Assembly (NCBI RefSeq): GCF_009914755.1
Contig: NC_060931.1
Origin: the human T2T-CHM13v2.0 reference genome, Homo sapiens
Direction: 5' to 3' (one strand)
DNA: 64,000 nucleotides
The position numbers and the translations under genes were made by a program. Below are positions 24,091-37,888 of the stretch, one piece after another. Within the stretch, counting starts at the first letter, position 1. Every line of letters begins with the position of its first letter. Below the pieces are notes generated by a model. The model saw only the letters and a list, made by a program, of their open reading frames with translations, made no database searches and was not told the origin of the DNA.

Positions 24091-25437
24091 ATATATGATA
24101 TTATACACACAGAGATACACACATACATACAAATATATCTATAATTCCACAAATGTAAGCAGATAAAACTCCAGTTTTCTCTCAGTAAGAGGGAAGTCAG
24201 TAGTAGGTATCCAGATGTTTCCTCCACAGTCCATCATTCTGACCATTTTATTACCAAATATCCATTTTACTTTCCTTTTCTTCCTTAAAATCTGCCAGCT
24301 TCCAGGACAACCATCCCTTCAATGGAACCAGTTCATTGACAAAGATCTCAATGTGACAGATAGTCCTTCCTTCTTTGTCTGGCAACCTTTGAAATAAAAA
24401 GTAAATTACCTGCATCTACATTAATTTACTTGCCCTGTCTGCCACATGCACCACATGTGCAATGCAGGAACAGGGACAGGATAACCATAATAAACCTTCT
24501 GAGGAAAAATGGAGGAGAATGAAATGCTCACAGTCACTGGTCCAGAGCAATGCTGCAGTCCTCTTGGGCAGCATAAAGTCCTCCTATTCTGGAGAGAGGA
24601 AAGTTCCTAGATTCTACTCTAAGGGAAAATCCCTACATTCCATTCACCCAAAGTAGTTACATGGCCTTGATCTCACTCCAAGAGGAACTTGAAAATTTAG
24701 CTTTCAGTGTTTCAAGGAACAGGATTCAGATTGTTGAGTAGCTGGCCATTCCCTTTCACACCCGCTCTAGCTAATATCAAGGTTTATTACATAATCAGAG
24801 TGGTTATTAAAAGTAAAATCGTGTTTACTTTGCATATCAGGACAAACATTTGTATATGCACATGGAGAGGAACATACAATAAATGTCATTACTGTGTTGT
24901 TTGTAACTGTAAAAACTGTTAAAAAACCTACATATCTAATAAGAGGAAAGGCCTAATTCACTATGTAAGTAAATAATACTGTGAAAGTATTTTAAAGAAA
25001 TGAACTTAATAAATACAGGAGGGAAAAGCAAGTTGTAGAATAATATGCACATAATAAAGCATATTTATAAATATAAGTTTGCAGTCACACAGACAAATGA
25101 TATTTTACAGTTTCATTTATGTATATGTAAATGCATGGGAAACATTTTAGAAAGTTATAGAACAAATTAAAAACAGTCTTTTTCCAATGATTGGAAAATT
25201 ACAAGTGGGAGTGGTTGTCACAGGAGGCTAATATTTTTAGTAATGTTTTAATTTTTAGGCAAAGAAAAAAATATTACCTGTGGGGATTTAAACAAATGAA
25301 GCAAACATTAACAACAATAACAACTGGAGTGGAAATGCATTAACATATTAATAATGGACACTAGGTGTTTGAATTGTAGCTGCATTTTATTTTATTTGCT
25401 CCAAATGGTATTTCTCTTGGGTTTCTCAGAAACACAT

Positions 25438-25807
25438 TGATATGGTTTGGCTTTGTGTCCTACCCAAATTTCATCTTGCATTTTAAACCCCATGTGTCGA
25501 GGGAGGGACCTGGTGGGAGGTGACTGGATCATGGGAGTGGTTTCCCCCATGCTGTTCTTGTGATAGTGAGGGAGTTCTCATGAGATCTGACAGTTCAAAA
25601 GCGACAGTTTCCCCTGATCTCTCTCTCTCTCTCTTTCCTGCTGCTTTGAGAAGAAGGTACTTGCTCTTCCTTCACCTTTGACCAAAATTGTAAGTTTCCT
25701 GAGGCCTCCCCAGCCATGCAGAACTGTGAGTACGTTAAAACTCTTTTCTTTATAAATTACCCAGTCTCAAGCAGTTCTTTATAGGACTGTGGAAATGGAT
25801 TCATACA
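25438..25807 (+). mobile_element. THE1D-like MaLR solo LTR
   Basis: TGATATGGTTTGG...ttcataCA. TSD CACAT (25433-25437 / 25808-25812). Confidence 0.9.
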
Positions 25808-27957
25808 CACATTTTCATATTTAAAACTTTAAATCATACAAAATTTTTTAATGAAAATAAATCATGGTGCTGCATAAAAGAGGATACTACCCATCAAAGT
25901 CTGTATGGTTTTCTTTGACATGGAAAGATGGTCACACATTATCAGTTATAAAGTGTTATTTATCTTAGTTATAGAGTATTACAGGTTACAGAACAGAACA
26001 TTATCTTAGTTATAGGGTATTACTTATTTTCAAGCAACAGACACCCCCTCAAGCTAGCTTAAGTGATAGAGAATTTATTATAAGAACTCAAATGTTATAG
26101 ACATAGTCAAGAAGCCAATGCAAGCCTTGTGGGAGGCAGAGAAGAGCATCATGAAGCTTAGGAGCAATCAAAGCAGCCATTGCATTTCTGTCTCTCTTTA
26201 TTTCATTCACATAAAAATGAGAGAAAAAAGAAATAACACAGAAAGAAATAGGAGAAAGGAAAGATTGGTAAATGTTTTGTCAATTATTCCTTTATTAATA
26301 ATTTATATATTATTCATATAGTCATTTATGCAAAAAATGAACTAGAGAAAGAAAAAATAAAGGATAGAAGCAAAGATGGAAGGAACACAGGTTAAATATC
26401 ACAGTTAATTATTGGTTATTTCTCTTTACAAAATTTAAAAAAAAAAAATTCCTAAGTTATTTCAAGACCCTAAGATCCTGGAATAAAAATATGATGTTGT
26501 CATTTTCCTTGCTTCCTTCAGAAAACATGATCACTGTTCTGTATTAATTGCATTCCTGGGAGGGAGCAAGGGGTTTTATGAGATAGCCTCAGGGCTTGTA
26601 TCTATTTCTCATGAACTATAGTCTCCCTCAAAGTTATTCACTACATAAACTACTCCACAGAAATGGCGCCCTAGAATTTAAGCTCTGAATCGAGGGATGT
26701 ACCTAGTTGCCTTATTCTTGGACTTCTTCCTTTTATGACTATTAAATGGGGATTGGTCAAATGTACCAGATCAAAGACATTTAGGAAACACAAAGGGGAT
26801 GCAATGTCTACCTGGAGAGACGCTCAATGGCATTTTCAAGTGCTATCTTTCCCTGTATTTCACTACTTCATAACTCTCAAGGCATGTTGTCCCATAAGTT
26901 AATTTTATAACTTCAGCTAGTTAGAACCCACCATTTTCAGTGATACTGCAGAGTTTGAGATGCATCATTCATGTCAAAATCCTCTCTACCACTTTGGTAA
27001 GGAATACAGAATATAATTTTATTCAAATAATCACAAACGCTCAGTCTTTACCAATAATTCATAAGCATAATCCTCTGGAAAAAGAATCAAATAATTTAAC
27101 ATGAAAATTTCAGTTATATTTGGGTTTAACTATAAATATTCCTCAACAACTTTATTGAGCAGATTTGTTCCTCAAAGACACTGTGACTTTAATCAGAAGA
27201 AGTTTACTTCAAATAGAAAAGTGAAAAGTACAATGAGATGCCCCTTTCAGAATTTTACTATGAGATGTAGGAAGAATCTAAAAAATATCAAATTTTCCAT
27301 GTCCTCCACACTCTAAAAACATAGACAAAATGTAGACCTGGGTTTGTACAATCTATGAAAGAATGCTCCTTTTTCTGTAGATTTCAGTGTTCTCTGGATG
27401 AAAACTCGCTCACGGTTTCAAATAAATGCCGCCAGAAATAATAGGAAAACTCTGCATTTTTAGCATTTTATTTAGAGTCTGATGAAACTTCTCAGTTACA
27501 GCTAAAAGTTAATTATGAAATTTATAAGTGGCTTTACTCTTTAAGAAACAAAACCAGACAATAACATTATAATTTAAAATTTGGTTAAATGTCTGCTTCC
27601 CTTTACCTCATCATCAAGGGCCATGACACTGTTTCGTATTTTTAAATTCTGGAAAAAGACAGTCATTGAAATGGTAGTTTCTTATAGCACAGGACTTCTC
27701 ATATTTTCTTCCTGAAAGTATATATGAGAATTGTTCATTTCAATGCAGATGACAGAATTTTTAAAATAAAATCTCAGAGAAAAAATAACCACAATGTTAA
27801 ATAAATCAAAATTAAAATTAAAGTTTATTAGACTCATGATATAAGACTATAAATAATTTGTTCTTAAAATTTCCCCTAAGGCAATGACAATGATGTTTGT
27901 CATTCACAGGACTTGAAACAATTCCCTGGAGGAGAACTTGGAGATACTTCTGCAGAA

Positions 27958-27964
<7 letters not shown>

Positions 27965-27994
<30 letters not shown>
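27965..27994. repeat. (TA)15 microsatellite
   Basis: Read directly from the sequence. Confidence 0.95.
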
Positions 27995-27999
<5 letters not shown>

Positions 28000-28503
28000 T
28001 TGGAATTGGCAGGGGGTAATAAAGATACCCATAGGGGATATGGCTCAAAAAAAAACAAAAAATATTAGCTAAGACAAGAAGCCCCAACTGCTGATAGAGA
28101 AGACTAAGATCCTGCCTTAATACTTATTAATGCTGTATATAGCAAATGTTCAAACTCTTTCTATTTATTTAGCATCTGGTAATATACAGGGGATTGTGCC
28201 AGGCACTGGGATGGAAAGAAAAATATAGCATACCGTACACTCTCACAAAACTCTCATTCCTCTGGTAGATGCTCCATAAATATGAACACACGTTATACAT
28301 GAAGGAATGAATGAATAAGTGAATGAGTTAGTTGATGACTAGAAATTGTTCATTGAAAGTGATGATTGAAACCGTCATCTTCAAGAAAAAAATTAGGCAG
28401 TACTTTGAAATTACTGATAACCATTATATGAGTAGAATGTCTCAGTGTTACTTGATTTGGGTTATAAATGTAAATAGCTAGCGGTTATCAGAATCAGTGA
28501 TAA

Positions 28504-29052
28504 TGTCAGAGGCGTGTAAACCAGAGCAACTCCATCTTAAATAGGAGCTGGGTAAAATGAAGCTGAAACCTACTGGGCTGCCCTCCCAGATGGTTAAGGC
28601 ATTCTAAGTCACAGTATGAGATAAGATATCAGCACAAAATACACGTCATAAAGACCTTGCTGATAAAACGTGTTGCAGTAAATGAGCCAGCCGAAATCCA
28701 CCAAAACCAAAATGACAACGAGAGTGACCTCTGGTCATCCTCACTGCTACACTCCCACCAGTGCCATGACAGCTTACAAATGCCACGGCAACATCAGGAA
28801 GTTACCATATATGGTCTAAAAAGGGGAGGCACAAATAATCTACCCCTTGTTTAGCATATCATCAAGAAATAAAAATGGGCAACCAGCAGTCCTCGGGGCT
28901 GCTCTGTCTATGGAGTAGCCATTGTGTTTACTCCTTTACTTTCTTAATAAACTTGCTTTCACTTTGCACTGTGGACTCGCCCTGAATTCTTTCTTGCACA
29001 AGATCCAAGAACCCTCTCTTGGGGTCTCGATTGGGACCCCTTTCTTGTGACA
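28504..29052 (+). mobile_element. MER41A (ERV1) solo LTR
   Basis: TGTCAGAGGCG...ccagagcaactccatctt...gacctctggtcatcctcactgctacactcccacc...aataaacttgc...ggacccctttcttgtgaCA. 4-bp TSD ATAA (28500-28503 / 29053-29056). Confidence 0.92.
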
Positions 29053-29147
29053 ATAACAATTTGTCTATGCAGCACATAGTAGGACTACTTAAACTCAGAA
29101 TAAAACTTGCCACATAGCAAATGTTCAATAAATGTGTGTTTTAATAG

Positions 29148-29516
29148 TGCCTTAGCCTGTTTGGGCTGATAAAACAAACTACCACAGACTGGAGGGCTTA
29201 TATACAACAGAAGTTTATTTCTCACAGTTCTGGAGTCTGGGAAATCCCAGACCAAAGGACCAGCAGATTCTGTGTCTGTTGAGGGTCCACTTCCTGCTTC
29301 ATAGACTGCCATTTTCTTGCTGCTTCTTCATGTGGTAGAAGGGGTGGAGAGGGAGTTCTCTGGGGTCTTTTCTTATAAGGTCACTAATTCCACTTATGAG
29401 GAGTCCCTCCTCATGATCTAAACACCTACCAAAGGCTCTCCACATAATGCCATCACACTGGGGATTGGAATTTAAACATAGGAATTTTGCAGGGCCCAAA
29501 CAGCCAATCTATAGCA
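29148..29516 (-). mobile_element. MLT1A0-like MaLR solo LTR
   Basis: tgccttagcctgtttgggctg...tttatttctcacagttctggag...ccatcacactgggg...tatagca. TSD AATAG (29143-29147 / 29517-29521). Confidence 0.88.
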
Positions 29517-29628
29517 AATAGTGGTAAAATACACGTGAAAAAATTAAACCAAAGTATATTTTTAAAAAATACCCTAACATCAAGCTCTAAAGTCAAGTCA
29601 TCAAAATCAGTAGTATAATCCAAGTTAC

Positions 29629-29972
29629 TTTTATTTTTACAAAAACATATAGATTTGTGGGATACATGTACAGTTTTGTTACATGCATATATTGCAAAAT
29701 GAAGTCTGGACTTCCAGTGTAACCTTCACTCGAATATGTAAATTATACCCAATAGGTAATTTCTCATCCCTCACCCTGTTCCCACCTCCCGTCTTTTGGA
29801 GTCTCCAATGTCTATTATTCCACTCCATATGTCCATGTGTAAGCATTTTTAAGCTCCCTCCTATAAAGGAGAACATGTGGTATTTGACTTTCTTTTTCTG
29901 AGTTGTTTCACTTAAGTAATGGCTTCCACTTCCAATCATGTTGCTGCAAAGAACATGATTTCATTCTTTTTT
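29629..29972 (-). mobile_element. L1PB4-like 3' end
   Basis: gatacatgtacagttttgttacatg...cccaataggtaatttctcatccc...gagaacatgtggtatttgactttc...ttcattcttttt. Confidence 0.8.
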
Positions 29973-30814
29973 CAGGGCACTTTTTGAGCTGTGAGGATTC
30001 CTAATCCCTGTTGAAAAAAAAATGAGTAAATTCTGAACTGTAAAATACAGGGACAGCAAAGCCGTCCTTGTTATTCAAAAAGCCCATTGAGGCTGATTTA
30101 GATGTGTGTAGGATTAGGGGTTGTTGAAGATAAGAATTCAGCTCTGCCCCCACCTCCAACCCCCATTTCTCTCTTCCCTCTTCCCTCTTCTCTCTCTCAT
30201 TCCCAATTGCTCTAACTTGTTTTCCCTCTCTCTTTCTCTCTCTCTTTTCAGTTCTTGACATTCAGAGGCACCATGAAGTCAGTTGGAAATCAAGTACAAA
30301 TTTATTCTCATATTAGTACTCTTCCATCATTCTGAATTAGTATGCATAGTAGCTAATATGTTATGAAAGTCACTTACCAATAACAATGCAGTCTATGAAT
30401 ACTAATCTGAAGGGATACCAGCCATAAAGAAAAGACTGCCACTCTGATTGGGTAAGGCTAATAAGACAGCCTTGGGCAAAATAAGTGACAGATCCTCATT
30501 TTCATGCATTTCTCCCATGCTGCTTTGACTCTCCCTTTCTTTACATTCCATTCAATGTAGAAAAATCAACATTTATTTATGAAGACAATTTTATATTCAA
30601 TTCTGGTATTCCTGACACTTCCCACATCTGTCCTATAATTGTGATGTATGAATAATTAGTCTGTTACTAGAACAATCATATTTGGCTTTTTCCCCCTTGA
30701 AAATTAACTAATGGCTCCATTGGGGATTTATGATAACATTTAGTTCCTGTCTCTTTTTATTTTTTCATCCTTTTTTTGGAATCTCAGTTCCTACATGTCT
30801 CAATAGATTTAATA

Positions 30815-30990
30815 CAGTAGGTCTCAGGCCTAGCTACATAATAGAATCAACTGGAACAATCTTAAAGTAATACTCATGTCTTGGCTTTACCTAAGATCAA
30901 TGAAACCTGAGCCTCGGGATATGGCCCTAGCCTCTGTATTTTATTAAGCACCCTACATGCTTGATGCACAGTGAGAACTGAGAACCACTG
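30815..30990. mobile_element. MER5A-like hAT MITE
   Basis: TIRs CAGTAGGTCTCA...TGAGAACCACTG; internal tagaatcaactgg and ctgtattttattaagc. Confidence 0.7.
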
Positions 30991-31195
30991 GCTCTGGTTA
31001 CAGGTTCAGTCCTTGTAGACCCATGTATTTTAGTGATCTTTTTAAGGATCATAAATATCAGTCTTGTCCTTGAAATATGTGTTTTCTAGCACATGGGGAG
31101 AATAGGAATAAAAGTTCCTGGATGAAGTAAATGTTTTCCCATTATATATGGAAAGCACTTATTCTAAAAGTATCAATTTTGTGTAAAGCTCCTAT

Positions 31196-32600
31196 CTTAA
31201 CTTTTTACTTTGAAATAATTTTAGGTTAAAAGAAAGTTTTAAAGATAATGCAGAGCTCCTATATGCCCTTCAATCAGCTTTCCCTAATGTTAGCATTTTA
31301 TTTAACTCTAATACATTTGTCAAAACTAAAATCTTAACTTTGTTAACAATACTATTAACTAAACTACAGACTTAATTTAGACTTCTCCAGTTTTTCTACT
31401 AGTATTCTTTTTCTGTTCCAGGATCAAATCCAAGATTACATGCCACATTTAGTCATCATGTCTCCTTCGTCTCTTTTAGTCTGTGACAAATTCTGTCTTG
31501 TTTTTCATGACTTTGACACTTTTGAATATTACTCATAAAGAAGGTTTTTTGTAGAATAGTCCTCAATTTGGGTTTGCTTGATGTTTTCTTGTGATTAGAC
31601 AAGTGTCTTGGGCTGACATGGCAAAATATCATAGGCTGAGTGTTTACAAGCCCTATAAGTTTATTTCTTGCAGTGCTAGAGGCTGAGAAGTCCAAGATCC
31701 AGGCACCATCAGATCTGTTGTCTGATGAGGGCCCCTTAACTGGTTTACAGATGGCATCTTTTGCAGAGTCCTTGGATGGTGGAAGGGCTTAAGCAGATCT
31801 CCAGGGGGCTCTTTTATAAAAGAGCTAATCCCATCCATGAAGGCTGTACTCCCAAAGACCACCTCCTAAAACCATCACCTTAGGGGTTAAGGTTTGAACA
31901 TATGGATTTGAGGGGGACACACACATTCAGATCATAGTAACTAGGGTTCTGAGTTTTAGAGAATTATACCACAGAGGTGAAGTGTCCTTTCACTGCATCA
32001 AATCAGAGGTTATATGATATCAACATGACTGATCACTGATGATGTTAACCTTGACCACTTGGTTAAGGTTGTATCTAGCAGGTTTCTCTGCTACAGAGTT
32101 ACTATTTTCCCCCTTTTCATATTCTGTTCCTTATAAGTGAATCACTAAGTCCAGTCCATACTTAAGGGGAGGAAAATTGACAATTATTCGGAATTCTAAC
32201 AACGATTTGCTCTTTCTCCACCTTTTATTTATTTACTCAATTATTTATTCACGTCAGTCAGCACTCATGGATATTTGTTTATTCATTGTGATATAATCCA
32301 ATACTATCATTATTTTACTGTAAAAATTGTTTTAGCTTTGATAATTGGAAGCTCTTTGAAGTTGGTTCCTGTGTCAATTTGACTTGTCCCACCCTTTGTT
32401 TTGTTGTTTGTTTTGTTTTGTTTGAATATGTTTTTAACTTTTGAGACCACAGGTAGTTCCAGGTTCAACTTGTACTTACACCATCCCAGCCCTAGAATCA
32501 GTCATTTCTCCAGGGATCCCTGAGTTCATTTATTGGAGAATGGTAAAGAGAAGCCAAGTTCTGGACATTGAGTGTGTTCATTACTACTAGGGTGTCACAG
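31196..32600 (-). mobile_element. L1MC4-like 3' UTR, antisense, interrupted by MLT1A
   Basis: actttttactttgaaataatttt...ctattaactaaactacagac...ttccaggatc...gttaaccttgaccacttggttaagg...gccctagaatcagtcatttctccaggg. Confidence 0.75.
31604..31939 (-). mobile_element. MLT1A/MLT1A0-like solo LTR
   Basis: gaggctgagaagtccaagatccaggcacc...ctaatcccatccatgaagg...ggggacacacacattcagatcatag. Near-TSD ACAAG/ACTAG. Confidence 0.82.
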
Positions 32601-33967
32601 CGGTAAGGTTTCAAAAATCGTTTTCTTTTATACTCAGCATTCTTATCCAAATCATGCTTCTTAAAGAACTATAGAAATCATCAGAATCTAAATATTAAGG
32701 TAAAAATAAGATCCACTATAATTGAGTGACATAAATTTTGTTTCTTGAACGGGTATTAGGTCCTCAGGCATTTTTAAGATCCTGGCTTTCTTTTTCCAGG
32801 TATTTTTACTATGGTTTAATGAAGATATTGTGACCTCTGTGGTTTTCTTAAATCCAAGATTCTTGCCAGACATATAATGCATTTACAATCTTTGCTTGAA
32901 AGTGATAGTCAACCATATATTCCCAGAAAAATAGTCTATATATGAGTGCCTTTTTTTAGCTTTTTAGTAGTTGTTAAAGTTGAAGGACATAGTCAAATAT
33001 CTGGAGCAGCTAAGAGCTCACAGTTCAGCTGAGTTATCCCAATGCTGACATTTACTCTCAAAAGCACCACATTTTGGTGATTTGTTTTTTGTTTTTTAAA
33101 TCATTTATTTCTCTTCTGGTTTCAAAAGCCTAAAGCTGTTCAACAAATGGTAGTTGTTTCTACTTAAGGCTTTCAGAAGAGCTTTGATGGGTTTGAATAT
33201 GGGCTGATTTAATTATAGTAGCATTTGGAGTCGTCACATACACAGTGAGTAGGATTCAATACAAGAATTCAATCCTGACCATTACATTATAACATAGTAA
33301 TAGTATGTACTTTGTGGAAAAAGAAAACTAAAGCCTTGTGAATGAAGCATCATGGTCCAGTGCAATTGTGCTGTAAGAGAATTTCATTAAATTTCTGTAG
33401 CAATTCAAAGATAAGAATCACACAAAGCGGGGGCGAATAGCCTTTGCTCTGGATCCCCTGTGCCCACTTTCCCTCTCCAGATGATATCATTTGGAAAACG
33501 GGTTAAGTAGGAATGTGAAGTAAAATCTCTTAGGAGGGCAAGATATTCAAAAATAAAATAGCATTTTCCTTGTGTGATAAAGAGCATCTGCCATCAACAG
33601 CTTATAAGTTAATCAGGGATCTTTGTTTTTGGTCATTTCAGTTATTCAGAGAAAACCAAATTACTACAATATGATGTGAAATGATCTATTAAAATCATTT
33701 ACACAGATCTTCAAAGCTGGGAGGTGGGGATGTGTAAGTCTGCCTGGAAAACTCACAAAAGACTGTAAGCAACAAACCTGAATTTTACAGAGTGAATGAA
33801 CAATTCAAAGAAAACAAAACAAATTGGAGAGAACGTAAGTGATTACTTATTTCCCAAAGGGAAATAACTTTATTCTTGGGTATAAATTCTGAAAGTGATA
33901 AAACATTTTGTTTTCTTTTCAGGTTTTATTTAATTCATTTTGTTTTTTGTTGTTTGTTTTTTTTTTC

Positions 33968-34222
33968 CTTTGGGAGGCTAAGGCAGTCAGATTACTTGAG
34001 GCCAGGAGTTCGAGACCAGCCTGGCCAACATGGTAAAACCCTGTCTCTACCAAAAATACAAAAATTATCAGGGCTGGTGGTGCGTGCCTGTAATCCCATC
34101 TACTTGGGAGGCTGAGGCAGGAGAATCACTTGAACTTGGAGGCAGAAGTTGCAGTGACCTGAGATCACACCACAGCAAGACTCTGTCTCCAAAAACAAAC
34201 AAACAAACAAACAAACAAAAAA
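33968..34222 (+). mobile_element. 5'-truncated AluS (Sz/Sx-like) with a small right-arm deletion and a (CAAA)n tail
   Basis: ctttgggaggc...gagaccagcctggccaacatgg...gagatcacaccac|agcaagactctgtctc. The tgcactccagcctgggcgac segment is missing. Confidence 0.85.
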
Positions 34223-34412
34223 GGTGTTTTTTGTTTTGTTTTTGTTTCTGTTTTCGTTTCCAATTTCAATTCAACTTGGGTCTGGCAGGTCCCCTGGATA
34301 TACCTGTTCCATGAATGGTAAACGTGAGCACTTTCTAATTCTTTAATGGAATTGCTTACAGGGCTTTGTCTATGGTTTAAAGCCTTTACTATGGCATGAC
34401 AACCAGGAACAG

Positions 34413-34415
<3 letters not shown>

Positions 34416-34451
<36 letters not shown>
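34416..34451. repeat. (AC)18 microsatellite
   Basis: Read directly from the sequence. Confidence 0.95.
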
Positions 34452-34453
<2 letters not shown>

Positions 34454-35146
34454 CCGTTATGAAAGTGATTCATCTTCTCATGCTGAATTGATAATGAGTA
34501 ACATGAACAATCTTTTAGCCTACATAAGAATGACCTCATTAAACACAGAAGAAGGAGGAGGGGGAAGGAGGAAGAGAAGAAGGGGAAGAAAAAGCAAGAG
34601 AAAGAGAAGTGGAAGAAGACACCTGTAACTTCATTATGCTATTATCAGAAAGAACGCTTCCTAGTGCTTTCTTTTTCTGTTTATCTCCACATTGCCATGA
34701 TGAGAAGAGCTTTGTCTTACAAAAACCTGATAAGTAAAAACACAAAACAATCAAGATAAAACAAAGGAGCTTGTTACTTTTCCCAAGGATTCTCTAGGAG
34801 CTTCCTTTGTTGTGTTGAATTTCCCGGTGCTCTTCAAATAGAATTTGATGTTCAAAATTAATCAACAGTAACCTTTTCAAGATCATTTCAATTTAAAATA
34901 TGATTGCCTTGGATCTTAAGCCATTTTAGTCCTTTGGTTCCCATTACGTGAGCCTCTTTCTTGGAACCACTTACGATAGTGAATTAATTACAGTGACTCC
35001 ATGAGTTAATCAGCATTGCTGTTATTTTTCTATTCTGTGCTATGAAAGACGTAGAAGAAATGGAGAGTCATGTTCCATATTCAAGATTACCCCAGACCAA
35101 AGGGAATACCAAGTCTTTCATACACATTAGCATTAAAAAAATGGAG

Positions 35147-35491
35147 CTCTATGCAGCCATAAAAAATGATGAGTTCATGTCCTTTGTAGGGACATGGATG
35201 AAATTGGAAATCATCATTCTCAGTAAACCATCGCAAGGACAAAAAACCAAACACCGCATGTTCTCACTCATAGATGGGAATTGAACAATGAGAACATACG
35301 GACACAGGAAGGGGAACATCATACTCTGGGGACTGTTGTGGGGTGGGGGGGGCGGAGGGATAGCATTAGGAGATATACCTAATGCTAAATGACGAGTTAA
35401 TGGGTGCAGCACACCAGCATGGCACATGTATACATATGTAACTAACCTGCACATTGTGCACATGTACCCTAAAACTTAAAGTATAATAATA
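35147..35491 (+). mobile_element. Young 5'-truncated L1PA (L1PA3/4-like) 3' end
   Basis: ctatgcagccataaaaaatgatgagttcatg...G-rich tract...gtaccctaaaacttaaagtataataat. 12-bp TSD AAAAAAATGGAG (35135-35146 / 35492-35503) at a TT/AAAA endonuclease site. Confidence 0.93.
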
Positions 35492-35854
35492 AAAAAAATG
35501 GAGTTCATAAGTTGTAACAGGAAAAATAAAGAGGAAAGATTAAACTTTATTCTGGCAGAGAGACTCACAAAAGACTTCTTTAAGGTGATGGCTATAATCC
35601 AGTAGTGCTGAGTACAGTCATTATCCACTTTTTTTTTTAGTGAATTGCAAATGAAATCCATAATGACACCATGAAGTCACAGAACCTCCCAGAAGATACT
35701 GCAAGGAAAATTACAGTGAAATCCACAACTATGCAAGTTAGAAGAAGGCACTAGAAGCCACACCTTAGAATCGTACTATTTAAGGAGGTAGGTTTCCAAA
35801 TACTGAAACGTTTGAACAGAAGGGGACTTCTGAAATGTGATCATGTTACACCAA

Positions 35855-36118
35855 ATCAGTGTTTTCCCTGAGACCCACAGAGCTGTCTCCCAGGAGGTAG
35901 AGGTATAGGAATCTCTTTGTCAAAAGGTCCTTTAGATGATGCTGTTGAATCATTACTTAGGGTAAAGCAGATGATGTCAGGCGATGAGGGAACCTGGTGG
36001 CCACTTGATTCTAATCAGTTCAACACAACTTTGATCAGTTTTTAATATTATAATTCGGAGTAAGATTTCTTTTTAAAATAATGGTGTTGCTGCTTAAAAA
36101 TAAGTGTGACCATCAGTG
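35855..36118. mobile_element. Old hAT remnant (MER103-like)
   Basis: ttcggagtaagatttcttt...tgctgcttaaaaa...cagtg resembles the MER103C end; highly diverged. Confidence 0.4.
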
Positions 36119-37888
36119 GACATGATGATTTTAATTCCATTCCATTCTAGATGCTATCTTCATATTCTAAAACTAGAATTGCTAGAATCCATTTTGATAA
36201 GTTCTTCAAACTGTCTTTTGAATGTCATTGACTTTACCAGCACATTTAGCATTTTATGCTTTTATCATTTTTAGTCATGTTTACCTAGATACGTGTTTTA
36301 ACAAAAAGTGTCTAAAACCTAAAAGACAGCAGAATTTTAGACAAATATTTTGATAGCAAAACATTTATCTCCTAAATGAAGGTTCACCTGCTCATATTTT
36401 TCTCCAAGAAATTGTTTTCTTTTGAAGATTCTCAAATATTCCTTAAAAAGTTCCTATCATCAACAATGATGCATGTAGGGACCTCAGTCATTAAGTGCCT
36501 GAGTGCAAAAATCTTTGGCTGAAGCATTTGATAGTTATTTCCCACATGGTTTGACTAAAACAGCACAAACATTGCACATTTCTGTTTGGCAAAAATGTAC
36601 TATAATAACTGTGCTTTTTATTATCTTTCCATACATTTCAGCTTACTAGAACAGAGTATGAACTTAGAACCGCATTTTCTAAAGTATGCTCTGTTTAGCC
36701 TTGAAGTCCTAAGATATATTCATGAGTTTTAATGTGAAAATGATGATTAGGGCAAACTATTTGGGAAAAAGTGATACAAGTTTGTTTACTGATGGCTTCT
36801 TAGAATGTGTTAGCATGCAGTGTGAGTCCCAAAAGGAAAACTAAGTAAATTGCTTAGGGATTTTAAGGGTTATCTTCTGGGATTACTATTCTACAAAGAC
36901 TTTAGAGAATCACTTGCCTAGATATTTACTCCATTTTAAAAGTGTTACTATATTAAATGCACATGAATGCCCCACAGGAAATGTTGATGGGATACATTCA
37001 GAAAATTTTATTCATTTATTTACTGAAAAATAGAATTATTTTTCAATATTGATAAGCTCTAAATTGTCTAAATACCTCATATTGTTTTAGTTTGGCCACT
37101 TAAAAAGTAAATTCTTTTATAGGTAATACTTATTTATCCCCAGCAATTCTTCAATTGAGTAGCTTTCAAAAGACAAAAGATTTTTATCTTCCTAAAACTG
37201 TAAAACTATGAATCTGCCTGGAAGTTTTAGGATGATTACAAAATTGTCTCTGATGATCTATTTTAGGCTTCAGAGTCCACGGTCTTTAACACTGCAATCT
37301 CTCTGTTATCTGAGTCTAAGAAAAATAATTCCCAGCTCTGCTCACCATTTGAGTATAGCCTGACTGTTAGAATCCTCAGCCTAAAGCCCAGGAAGACTCT
37401 TATTGACTTATGTGTCAATAAATAAATAAAGATTAGAGGGGTACCATGGAAAGAAGAACATCTTCATTCAAGAGCCCATGCTCAGTGTTTCATTGACTCA
37501 TTTTTTAACATGAATTGATGATCACAGCAAGTCCGATGCTGGAGTAAAGCCAGAAACATGGAATAGCAAGATTGAGCAAAGCACACAAAAAACCACACAA
37601 AATTACTTAGAAGAATCAGAGATAATTAGGGAACAAAGGAGAACTAAAAAATGCACAATTAATTACTTTCCCCCAAGTAATTAAAAAAGATATTGCTTCC
37701 TATGTTAGGAGAAACAGTGTGTCTTTGAATCTGATTTTTCCTTCCAAATGGTGCAAATGACATGCTTGGCCCTGGCCCCGTCTCATTCTGTGAGTGAAGG
37801 GAGTAGGGCCTTGCTCAGCTCACCTTAACCCTTCTCTGCAAGAGCTATCTACCTGCAAGTGTTATCTGCTGTTTCTCCATTTGAAAGG

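Noticed and set aside
34190-34256. Apparent hairpin of (CAAA)n followed by (TTTG)n
   Set aside because: Low-complexity complementarity between an Alu tail and a T-rich flank; no evidence of function.
35328-35360. G-quadruplex-like tracts (also C-rich 53341-53375)
   Set aside because: This is a standard part of the L1PA 3' UTR and is explained by the element.
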